Shown: piece by piece, positions 1-8,166 of the stretch
Layout: the number at the start of each line of letters is the position of its first letter
Numbering within the stretch: position 1 is the stretch's first letter
Assembly: GCA_005883765.1 (NCBI GenBank)
Contig: VBAQ01000155.1
Location: forward strand, 2,512 to 26,511
Source: Bacteroidota bacterium
GTDB taxonomy: Bacteria; Bacteroidota; Bacteroidia; Chitinophagales; Chitinophagaceae
DNA length: 24,000 nucleotides
Direction of reading: 5' to 3'
Position numbers and translations under genes: made by a program
The notes under the pieces: generated by a model
Seen by the model: only the letters and a program-made list of their open reading frames with translations
Databases searched by the model: none
What the model was told of the DNA's origin: nothing

Positions 1-657
1 GTTTAGCAAAACAGCTATTAAATTATTTTGCTCGTCATCAAATTTTACAACGTCCAATTCATGATCACACGGGCCATCCAGGTTTCGACCAAGCCAGACG
101 CCGCCATCGGCAAATACGGCACGACGATTAATATTGAGTTTACAAACTCCTTTCCCGATCCCCATGCGAAATGGCACAGGATCCTTCATCGCATTTGTTG
201 CAAGCGTGACAAATTTTTCTTCGAGATTCTTAATATAATCTTCATTGGCCTGCGGCAATTTATCTTCATAGGTATGGATGGCAGGACCACCATGGTTGTG
301 CACCGCAACAATCATGATATTGTCAGAGGAAATTCCTGTTTTTAGTGAGATCATTTTTTTTATGCTATCAGCAAATGAAGTCCGGAAGCCAATCAGGTCC
401 GCTGATATGAGCAGCGCTTTATTTTGATCATCAGAAAAAAACAGAGCGGATGCAAAAAGCGAATCATGAACACCGGTTGAGGGCGTTTTCCTTGCGTCAT
501 ATCCACTCATCAGTACGGGTTGGTCAGGTGTGATATTGATTTGGCTGGCGCCCATCTTGACTAAATCTTTATTATTTGTGAGACTTTGCCCTATCGATGA
601 CCCGGATACGAAGCACAAAAGGATCAACATCAGGTTGAAGAATACTTTATCTTTCAT
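1..657 (-). CDS. Neutral/alkaline non-lysosomal ceramidase N-terminal domain-like secreted protein (C-terminus truncated by the window edge)
   Basis: Absent from the ORF track because no stop is reached. Reverse complement from CAT at 655-657 stays open to position 1: MKDKVFFNLMLILLCFVSGSSIGQSLTNNKDLVKMGASQINITPDQPVLMSGYDARKTPSTGVHDSLFASALFF...IMIVAVHNHGGPAIHTYEDKLPQ... It has a signal peptide, 'INITPD' start and 'HNHGGP' metal-site-like motif typical of this family. Confidence 0.8.
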   Translation of the reverse strand, partial: MKDKVFFNLMLILLCFVSGSSIGQSLTNNKDLVKMGASQINITPDQPVLMSGYDARKTPSTGVHDSLFASALFFSDDQNKALLISADLIGFRTSFADSIKKMISLKTGISSDNIMIVAVHNHGGPAIHTYEDKLPQANEDYIKNLEEKFVTLATNAMKDPVPFRMGIGKGVCKLNINRRAVFADGGVWLGRNLDGPCDHELDVVKFDDEQNNLIAVLLN

Positions 658-705
658 TGTTTGGTTCTTATTTTTTTTCCTATAGATAAATCATTAAGAC
701 AATCG

Positions 706-2226
706 TTAACGGTCATTGAGCGACCCGTTCCATCTCAGTGTAGTTATCGAATGCGCTTGCAGGGGTTGAATTATCATTTTATTGCCCCAGGTTATTTTAC
801 AGTTCATTTCATCACCGTTGTTGATGATATTAAGCACTACACTCTTATCCGGATTTTTAAACCCCACAAAATTTATTTGAGCTGAACCGCCCCGCGTTTC
901 AATCCTGCTTGCCCCAGGCCTTACGAATCGACTAAAGTGAGTAAGGTAATAATATAAGCCTGTATAGGAAATTTTTTTGATAGTCCTGTTAATGATCAAC
1001 ACCGGGTGTTGCTTGTTATTGTCAGGGTCTCCATGCTCCGGCGAAACCAGCCAGGGGCCACCCTTTTCATCCAGTATCATATTCCAATAAATCCACGCAG
1101 ATGCCCAGTTCTTCAGATCATTTATGATCATGTTTCCCCAAAATTCACCATCACTAAATTCATACACCGGAAGTTTGCCTGGGCCATTAGGAGGAACATT
1201 ATTTGGCATGGCGTAACATACTTCAGTTTGCCAGATTGGTAGACCGGGATATCTGCTGTGCAGATCCGTAAGAGTTGAAAATTTATCCCAATCATATCCG
1301 TGAATAGTCAGTGAGTGAATGTCTTTTATCAATTCAGCATCATCCAGCACAGCTGGAAATTTTTGAATTGCTTCAGGACGATCTGCAGTTTCACCAAACT
1401 GAATTTTTACAGATGAACCGTCTGCTTTTAGTTGAGGCACGACAAAGTTTTTTATCATCTCCCCGATTTCTTTGTAGCTGACATTTGAGTACCACGTGTT
1501 GTCGGCTTCATTAAACAAGTTGAGATAATCAATGCGCACACCGTTTTCTAAGTACGATCGAAGGTAGTGGGAATAATACCTGGCCAAAGCCAAATAGTAT
1601 TTTGGCTTGACATGTTTTTCGCCTGGTTTCAGACTATAGTACATCCAATCGGGTGCAAAGTCCATCGGGGATTCGATCTTAAATTTTCCAAACTGTGAAG
1701 CTTTTTTAATATAGGTTATAAGTCCATTGGGACCTAAGTCTCTTTTGATATTGAAATGCATCATTAAAGTGTCATCAGCCGTTTCATTGTAAGAATACCA
1801 CGGGCCCGCCGAGGCAAAATCGCATGCAGCAATCGGAGATTTCATTAATGTAAATCCTGCTCCTGCGATAGAGTCAAATAAGGATCTCAAGGCTTTGTTT
1901 AGATCCTTAGGTGGCAGAGAATTTAGGCAAATCATTCCTGCTTCGTTAAAGGTTGCCCCAAATCCTTCTATTGTTTGATAAGATTTTTTGCCATCCACTT
2001 CTATCACTGGATCTGATGACCTCGTGCCTGAAATAAATTTCACATTCTTCTTTCTTGTTAGTCGGTCACCGGATCGTGATGAAACATAGACCTCGGTTTC
2101 CACCTTGTCTTTTTTATTGCTGGAGTAGTTCTGTTGCGCGGAAATAAAACCGTTATCTAAAATACAGACCAGTTCAAAAAAAATTATTTTACAGTAGATA
2201 CTTTTATATGCCACGCTACATGTCAT
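706..2226 (-). CDS. Glycoside hydrolase family 30 (glucosylceramidase-like)
   Basis: 506 aa. 'QTIEGFGATFNEAG', 'NLFNEADNTW' (acid/base region) and 'PIWQTEVCYAM' (nucleophile region) fit GH30. Hydrophobic N-terminus ending in a possible signal cleavage site (FISAQ). Confidence 0.82.
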   Translation of the reverse strand: MTCSVAYKSIYCKIIFFELVCILDNGFISAQQNYSSNKKDKVETEVYVSSRSGDRLTRKKNVKFISGTRSSDPVIEVDGKKSYQTIEGFGATFNEAGMICLNSLPPKDLNKALRSLFDSIAGAGFTLMKSPIAACDFASAGPWYSYNETADDTLMMHFNIKRDLGPNGLITYIKKASQFGKFKIESPMDFAPDWMYYSLKPGEKHVKPKYYLALARYYSHYLRSYLENGVRIDYLNLFNEADNTWYSNVSYKEIGEMIKNFVVPQLKADGSSVKIQFGETADRPEAIQKFPAVLDDAELIKDIHSLTIHGYDWDKFSTLTDLHSRYPGLPIWQTEVCYAMPNNVPPNGPGKLPVYEFSDGEFWGNMIINDLKNWASAWIYWNMILDEKGGPWLVSPEHGDPDNNKQHPVLIINRTIKKISYTGLYYYLTHFSRFVRPGASRIETRGGSAQINFVGFKNPDKSVVLNIINNGDEMNCKITWGNKMIIQPLQAHSITTLRWNGSLNDR

Positions 2227-2277
2227 GATCTTTATTAGCGGTGAAAAATATTTTGATAGGAAACCTGGTCACGTTAG

Positions 2278-3462
2278 CTATCTGCAAGCCTCAATAAATT
2301 GATCTGCTGCTGACTCAATCTCGCTGTCACTTGAATTAATGTTGATGCCCCAACCAGCTCCCAGCCCTCCGTCTACTACGCCAATGCTGATGTTCATGGC
2401 GCGACTAAGAATGTTATCCGTTTTAGGATAAGCTCCTTTTTTATGAGGTCTCCCGATCTTTTTTAAATATTCTAACACATGCTCCATGTTAGCGTAGACA
2501 TGCCAGCCGCTTTCGTCAAGCGTTTTTGATCCAAGGATTTTTGAAACTTTCAGGGCCTGCTCACGGTTGTCAAAGGTAACCGTACAAATTGTCGCACAAT
2601 CTCCATCCGGATCATTCAATGTCCTCAACTTAAAACCTTTTGCGTCAGCTATCAGGTTTTTAAATTTTTTTCTCTTCTCGCGGAGCGTTGTTACGATCAT
2701 ATCAAGCTTGCCTAACTGGACAAGTCCTACTGCAGCAGTGAGCTCATTCATACGAAAGTTCAAACCCAGCAAATTACGGGAACCAACTTCTACACCAAGC
2801 CTGCTGGGTTTATGCCCCTGGTCATGCATGGCAAAAGCAGTCTCATAAAGATTTTGATCATTAGTAACCACCAGGCCACCGTCTCCACTATTTATCGTTT
2901 TGAATACATTTAGTGAGAAGGCACCCATGTCTCCAATAGTGCCCACTTTTTTCATTTTATACGAGGCCCCGGCAGCCTGGCAACAGTCCTCCAGCACAAG
3001 TAGTTTATGTTTTTTCGCAACCGCCATTATTCTGTCCATGTCACAAGGATTACCTAACATGTGTACAGGCATGATTGCTCTTGTATGCGACGTAATATGC
3101 CTTTCAATGTCATCCGGATCGAGTGTAAGGCTTTCATCTATTTCCGAAAGCACGGGAATGATTCCGAGAAAAATACACGACGTATAACTGGCAACAAATG
3201 TGTACGCAGGAACAATTATCTCATCGCCCGGTTGTAAGCCCAATGCTGCCAGGGATGCAACCAATGAAGCCGTTCCTGACGACGTGGCCAAGGCAAACTT
3301 TGCTCCGCAGTATTTGGCGAACTCGTTTTCTAAACTTGCCACAGTGTGCAAAAATTTCGGATCGGTCTCACTGCCATACCTAAAAAGATGACCGCTTTGC
3401 ATAACCCTGTTAACTGCATCTGCTTCCTCCTTTCCGAACCAGTAGGCTCCGGGGCCTGCCAT
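2278..3462 (-). CDS. DegT/DnrJ/EryC1/StrS-family PLP-dependent aminotransferase
   Basis: 394 aa. 'GTASLVASLAALGLQPGDEIIVPAYTFVAS', 'VLEDCCQAAGA', 'FSLNVFKTINSGDGG' (PLP-lysine region), 'NFRMNELTAAVGLVQL'. Confidence 0.88.
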   Translation of the reverse strand: MAGPGAYWFGKEEADAVNRVMQSGHLFRYGSETDPKFLHTVASLENEFAKYCGAKFALATSSGTASLVASLAALGLQPGDEIIVPAYTFVASYTSCIFLGIIPVLSEIDESLTLDPDDIERHITSHTRAIMPVHMLGNPCDMDRIMAVAKKHKLLVLEDCCQAAGASYKMKKVGTIGDMGAFSLNVFKTINSGDGGLVVTNDQNLYETAFAMHDQGHKPSRLGVEVGSRNLLGLNFRMNELTAAVGLVQLGKLDMIVTTLREKRKKFKNLIADAKGFKLRTLNDPDGDCATICTVTFDNREQALKVSKILGSKTLDESGWHVYANMEHVLEYLKKIGRPHKKGAYPKTDNILSRAMNISIGVVDGGLGAGWGININSSDSEIESAADQFIEACR

Positions 3463-3542
3463 AAAATGTTTTTTTTAAAAGGTAAGTCGAGTCATGTGGA
3501 TTTTCAAGGTATAAGTTAGAAACAAATCCTCATTCCAGGATT

Positions 3543-4928
3543 CTAGGGCAAACTAATAACAGGAATTTGCTTCTGAAATCCTTTCGTTCGTATGGCGAGA
3601 TAAATAATTCCTGCAGCCATCCAGCCTCCACCGATTATAAAGGTCTTTGCGGGCAAATTGAGCCAGATGATAAGACAAGTAAGAAAACCAAGTGCGCCTG
3701 GCAAAAAATTTATCAAAAAACTCTTAATCGTCTTTTTTCCTATCATGAAATAATATTCCCGGATGGACGCAATGTTGACCGCCATGAATGCAAAGAAAGC
3801 TCCAAAATTTATCAGGCGTGCGCACTCTTCGTAATTGAAAAAAAGAGCGCTCACTAAAGTCAAAATCCCGATGATCATCACATTGTAATCAGGGCTAGAA
3901 TGTTTTTTATCCAAATGTCCAAAAATTGCCCGCGGGATAACGCCATCTCTTCCCATTCCATAAAGAAGGCGAGAAGCGCCAATCTGGGCGGTTATGCCGG
4001 AACCGACGCTTGCAAGTAGTAGCACAACCGTCAAAGCAATGTCGAGTAAAGAGCCACCAACGCGACGAGCTACTGTCATGATCGCAGTGTCAAGAGCATT
4101 GTTTCGTGCAGCCTCAGTGTCGAGCCCGCTCGTAAAAGAAGACCAATCGGGCCAGGATAATTGCGCCAAATAAATTTGTGCGCCGCTCCAAATGCCAGTG
4201 ATCACACAAGTGAGTACAGCGGCCAGCAATACATTTCTTTTTGGGTTTTCCACTTCTTCGGACAAAGTTGTTATTCCGTCGAATCCTATATAGGTCAGCG
4301 CTGCTAATGCCGTGGCTGATGCAATCGGCCTCAAAGAAAAAGTTGTTTTATCATAAAATGGACGTAAAGAAAATAAACCTTTAAAGCCGTTATGGATAGA
4401 AATATACCGAATGGCAGCGCCCATAAAATAAAAAACGACTATGCTCATAGTGATCATTAAAACCACGTTGGTGATAGCCGCCATTTTCAATCCTTTCAAA
4501 TTAACCAGCGTAAATAGTGCCGCAAAAATAAATAACCAGATGGCATAAGGAATGAACGAGACCAGGTAGTTTGCAGTAATGCCGGCATAGATTACACAAA
4601 TAATTGGTACAAACATGTAGTCCATGAACATGGACCATCCGGCAATGAACCCCGCGTAACTATGTATGCCTTTACTAACATAAGTGTAGGCAGAACCTGC
4701 GACGGGATACATGTTTGCCATTCTTCCATAACTAATGGCGGTAAGGATCATTCCAATCATTGCTATCAGGATCGAAGTGACTGCATGACCGCGCGAAATA
4801 GCGTTGGCGTGACCAAACAGAGGTAGTGCAGCTACGGGCTGGATCAATATTATACCGTAGATGATAAGATCGTTGAGGGACAAAACCCGATGCAACTTTT
4901 TTTCTGACTGCGCTTGGTGATTATTCAT
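3543..4928 (-). CDS. APC-superfamily permease, PuuP-like (putrescine/amino-acid importer type)
   Basis: The ORF track runs 3543..4988 from a TTG overlapping the upstream HAD stop; ATG at 4926-4928 (MNNHQAQ...) is a plausible alternative start. 'ISYGRMANMYPVAGSAYTYVSKGIHSYAGFIAGWSMFMDYMFVPII', 'GFDGITTLSEEVENPKRNV' and 'ASRLLYGMGRDGVIPRAIFG' resemble PuuP-type transporters. Confidence 0.8.
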   Translation of the reverse strand: MNNHQAQSEKKLHRVLSLNDLIIYGIILIQPVAALPLFGHANAISRGHAVTSILIAMIGMILTAISYGRMANMYPVAGSAYTYVSKGIHSYAGFIAGWSMFMDYMFVPIICVIYAGITANYLVSFIPYAIWLFIFAALFTLVNLKGLKMAAITNVVLMITMSIVVFYFMGAAIRYISIHNGFKGLFSLRPFYDKTTFSLRPIASATALAALTYIGFDGITTLSEEVENPKRNVLLAAVLTCVITGIWSGAQIYLAQLSWPDWSSFTSGLDTEAARNNALDTAIMTVARRVGGSLLDIALTVVLLLASVGSGITAQIGASRLLYGMGRDGVIPRAIFGHLDKKHSSPDYNVMIIGILTLVSALFFNYEECARLINFGAFFAFMAVNIASIREYYFMIGKKTIKSFLINFLPGALGFLTCLIIWLNLPAKTFIIGGGWMAAGIIYLAIRTKGFQKQIPVISLP

Positions 4929-4984
4929 CCCAAAAATTCTTTCGTTAGAATACTCTGCCTGATGAAAACAGGTAGCCTGGTTAC

Positions 4985-5638
4985 TCAAACATTTCTTATC
5001 AATGCAGCATTTAATTCTTCAAACGATTTGACCACTACATCAGCCCTGCTTAAATCCTGAACGCCGGAATTGGGATTCAAAAATCCAATTGATTTCATCC
5101 CCGCAACCCTGGCAGCAGTTACTCCATTTTCTGAATCCTCTATGACAACACATTCCCCGGGGTCGCAATTGGCAAGCGCGGCTGATCTTAAAAAAATTTC
5201 CGGATGCGGTTTGGAATGTATGAGCTCTGTTCCACTCACCTGTGCTATAAAATAATCTGAAAGATTAAATTTCTTAAGGACCATATCGATGACTTCGCCG
5301 TGTGACGAGGAAGCGACGATTATTTTAAGATTATCTTGATGAAGTTCCTTTATTAACTCTACTACACCAGGAATAGGATGGAGATCTTTTGCTGCAATGA
5401 GATGCTTCATATACATTGCATAGTCCTTTTTTATTAACTCCTCAAGGTCATTGGCAATCTCATGTTTTTTTATAATCATCTCCCACATATTTCGGGATGA
5501 GGTGCCAACATAAGAGCAGTGTTCTTCGAAGGATATCGCAATTTTCAATTCTTCAAAGATCTGTTTTTCGATATTGAAATGGATGGGTTCACTGTCTATA
5601 ATGACTCCGTCCATATCAAAAATTACCGTTTGGATCAT
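4985..5638 (-). CDS. HAD-superfamily hydrolase, beta-phosphoglucomutase-like subfamily
   Basis: 217 aa. N-terminal 'FDMDGVIIDSEP', 'IVASSSHGE', 'KPHPEIFLRSA' and 'VIEDSENGVTAARVAGM' are HAD motifs I-IV. Confidence 0.88.
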   Translation of the reverse strand: MIQTVIFDMDGVIIDSEPIHFNIEKQIFEELKIAISFEEHCSYVGTSSRNMWEMIIKKHEIANDLEELIKKDYAMYMKHLIAAKDLHPIPGVVELIKELHQDNLKIIVASSSHGEVIDMVLKKFNLSDYFIAQVSGTELIHSKPHPEIFLRSAALANCDPGECVVIEDSENGVTAARVAGMKSIGFLNPNSGVQDLSRADVVVKSFEELNAALIRNV

Positions 5639-5711
5639 AGCGGATATAAAAATAGTGACAATAGTTTGTCAATAGTCGCTTTAAGACTTCAGGGAGGCAA
5701 AGACAGAGATC

Positions 5712-7628
5712 TCACTTGCGAATGACAAGTCTCTTGATTACATTGTTAATTTGTAACTCATACACGCCGGACTCGAACGAAGACAGGTCAACAGCGGTGC
5801 TTCCGTTACTGTTTACTATTTTTTTATGCCACCTTATGGTGCCGGATAAGTCAAACAATTTTATTTCAGTAAGAGAGGAGAAGTTACCCGTTATAAAGAC
5901 CTGCTCAGAAGCTGGATTCGGATAGAGAACAAACCGATCATTTTTTTGATTGCCATTTACCTGGCGTACTGGCGAATAAAAAAAGACATTATTTTTTTCA
6001 ATGACCCTCAGCCGGTACAAATTGATTCCTTGTTCAGGATGATCATCGGTATAGGAATAATTATTTTTCAGGCTGTCGGCCAGAGCTGAATAAAGTGGGG
6101 ACCAACTATTCGCCATGTTTTTTTCCAGTACGAATTCTTGTGCTATTTCGGGATTTGACACGGCCCATCGCAATTGAATGTTTGATTCATTGCGTGCAGC
6201 TTTAAAATAAATCAACTTCACCGCTAAAGGAATCGAAAGACAGTACGTGGCGGAATCGGTTGATTGCCGAATGACATAAGAAGAAATCGTAGTGCCATTG
6301 GAACCAGCGGCTGCCGGTATCGTGGCATTACATCCAGGATCGCGACTGTACTCCAGGCCGGCAGGTCCACCAGTGACAGAGATCGTGACGGCCGGTGCCG
6401 ACCCCGTAAAATAGATCACGCCACCGCTGCCCCCACCTCCTGCACCATAACATCTCTGCGTAGTGCCGGCATCATCTTCGTCACCTCCTTTACCACCATT
6501 TGCTTGTAGGGTCACCGAACCTGAATAACTGGTTATGTCCATGACAACCGAACCGGCCGCACCACCACCAGATGCTCCATCAGAAACGGCGGTGCCACCT
6601 GCGCCGCCATTGGCCGATATTTTATATCCGTTGCCAATTAGAGTTTCGGCCTCAATAAAAATGAGGCCTCCTCCATTGCCTCCGCCGTTCGAAATCGTGA
6701 GTGTTCCATTTGAGTGTCCAGCGCCTCCTGCACCACCAAAAAATAATTTTGTGCCGTTCCAGTTTTTTAATGCTTTGCCCCCGTCGGCGTGCAGGTCAGT
6801 CGTGCAGCCTGCACTGCTTGAATTGCCACCACCTTTTCCTCCAGCAGCTAAATTGGCACCACCTGCGCCTCCATTATTATGATTGTTGCCTCCACCCCCT
6901 CCATTCGCCGGCGCACCACGACCACCACTTTGCGCCAGGGGAAAATCATAAACGCTCTCACCTTTATACGAACCATTTTGTGGTGCGGTCGAAGAAGCAT
7001 TATAAAAATAATTCGTTGCAGCAAACGGAACATTAAAGCATGTTCCATTACTCAATAAATAACCGCCTCCCCTGAAGCCCGAAGAGTCTGCGTAGACAGG
7101 CGCATTGAGTGTCAAGTCTTGGGATACACTGATGGCGATTACACCACCGGTGCCGTTTGTGTTATTCCAGGGTGAAGCTTTTATTGTATCAATAACATTA
7201 GCCGAATAATATTCCGCGAACTTTACCAGCTGCACCTTGTCAGTAACTGTGTAACTGTTCAAAAAATTATGGAACATAAAAACTGAATCACCATTGATAG
7301 AACATATGATAGCCCGCTCATAGTTGCCGGCATTGTTAAGAGAAGTTGTATCCCCAAAACTGCTGTTATTGGTGGTGATGACTGAGGCGCCCTTCATTTG
7401 TATGAGTAACGTTTTTTGCAGTCGAGCCAGACCCGCGACGGTGTTTAATCTTACACACGCTTTTGCAGGAATAACTTCAACCACTTTGTAGTAGCTGTTT
7501 ACAACACCACTAATATTAGTTTGGGCAGAAGCGAAGAAAAAGCCAAAGACCATTACCTGTAATAAAAAAAGGTAGCAGACTTTCTGGAATAGAAAAGGCA
7601 GGACAGTGGCTGGTCTCACAGGAATCAT
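5712..7628 (-). CDS. Secreted glycine-rich protein with C-terminal T9SS (type A-like) sorting domain
   Basis: 638 aa. Signal-like N-terminus (FGFFFASAQ), Gly/Ala-rich central part (GGGGGNNHNNGGAGGANLAAGGKGGG), C-terminal 'RFVLYPNPASEQVFITG...FDLSGTIRW...VDLSSFESGVYELQINN...KRLVIRK'. Confidence 0.82.
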   Translation of the reverse strand: MIPVRPATVLPFLFQKVCYLFLLQVMVFGFFFASAQTNISGVVNSYYKVVEVIPAKACVRLNTVAGLARLQKTLLIQMKGASVITTNNSSFGDTTSLNNAGNYERAIICSINGDSVFMFHNFLNSYTVTDKVQLVKFAEYYSANVIDTIKASPWNNTNGTGGVIAISVSQDLTLNAPVYADSSGFRGGGYLLSNGTCFNVPFAATNYFYNASSTAPQNGSYKGESVYDFPLAQSGGRGAPANGGGGGNNHNNGGAGGANLAAGGKGGGNSSSAGCTTDLHADGGKALKNWNGTKLFFGGAGGAGHSNGTLTISNGGGNGGGLIFIEAETLIGNGYKISANGGAGGTAVSDGASGGGAAGSVVMDITSYSGSVTLQANGGKGGDEDDAGTTQRCYGAGGGGSGGVIYFTGSAPAVTISVTGGPAGLEYSRDPGCNATIPAAAGSNGTTISSYVIRQSTDSATYCLSIPLAVKLIYFKAARNESNIQLRWAVSNPEIAQEFVLEKNMANSWSPLYSALADSLKNNYSYTDDHPEQGINLYRLRVIEKNNVFFYSPVRQVNGNQKNDRFVLYPNPASEQVFITGNFSSLTEIKLFDLSGTIRWHKKIVNSNGSTAVDLSSFESGVYELQINNVIKRLVIRK

Positions 7629-7791
7629 GGCCTTCTAAAATTAATAATTGTTTTCTGTAAGGGAAACCAATTAGTGTCTGGGAATAATACATAGTAGATC
7701 AACGATGTGTCCGTGCGGTTAATCCCATAATCAGTCTTGCGATCGTTTGCCAGCTTTCAAATAAAATGCATTCTATTTTTTATCGAGCTTT

Positions 7792-8157
7792 TCAAACGCA
7801 TACCTGAGCATGGTGTGTGGCATCGTTGTCAACAAACCATTTGTGGTTCGCCTGGTTTTGCTTTTGTAGTAAAATGGGTTTGATATTGAATCCTTTTTGA
7901 TAATCGACCAAATAGTCAACCACCTGCTGGCGACTCGGGTAACGCGGTACGTTGCTATCAAATTTTTTATAGGGCAAATTTGACAAACCCTTGTTGGTAT
8001 GCAAATGAAGGCGGTCGTAATGATTACGCCAGGGCGTAGCTACCTGGTCTTCTTTGTCAATGATAAGATATTCGATGTTCTTTTTTTGCAAAGTCGAAGC
8101 ACAAGCCAGGCCCGAGACGCTTGCTCCGATAATGAGAGTATTTGTTTCTTTCATCAT
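7792..8157 (-). pseudogene. N-terminal remnant of a flavin-containing monooxygenase-like NAD(P)/FAD oxidoreductase
   Basis: 121 aa with GxGxxG-like dinucleotide motif 'LIIGASVSGLACASTLQ' and 'PWRNHYDRLHLHTNK'. It stops at 'HAQVCV*', just before the expected 'VxATG' motif. Known relatives are about 350-450 aa. Confidence 0.65.
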
Positions 8158-8166
8158 GAAGCACGA

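Noticed and set aside
28-345. 105-aa plus-strand ORF at the left edge
   Set aside because: Antisense to a well-supported ceramidase-like reading frame; no family signature.
4929-4988. TTG start of the permease at 4988
   Set aside because: Weakly preferred because of the 4-nt overlap with the HAD gene, but the first 20 residues (MSNQATCFHQAEYSNERIFG) do not resemble a permease N-terminus; ATG at 4928 chosen, not proven.
6264-7048. Proline-rich ORFs antisense to the T9SS gene (81, 115, 112, 66 aa)
   Set aside because: They mirror the Gly codons (GGN) of the minus-strand gene; no independent motif or start context.
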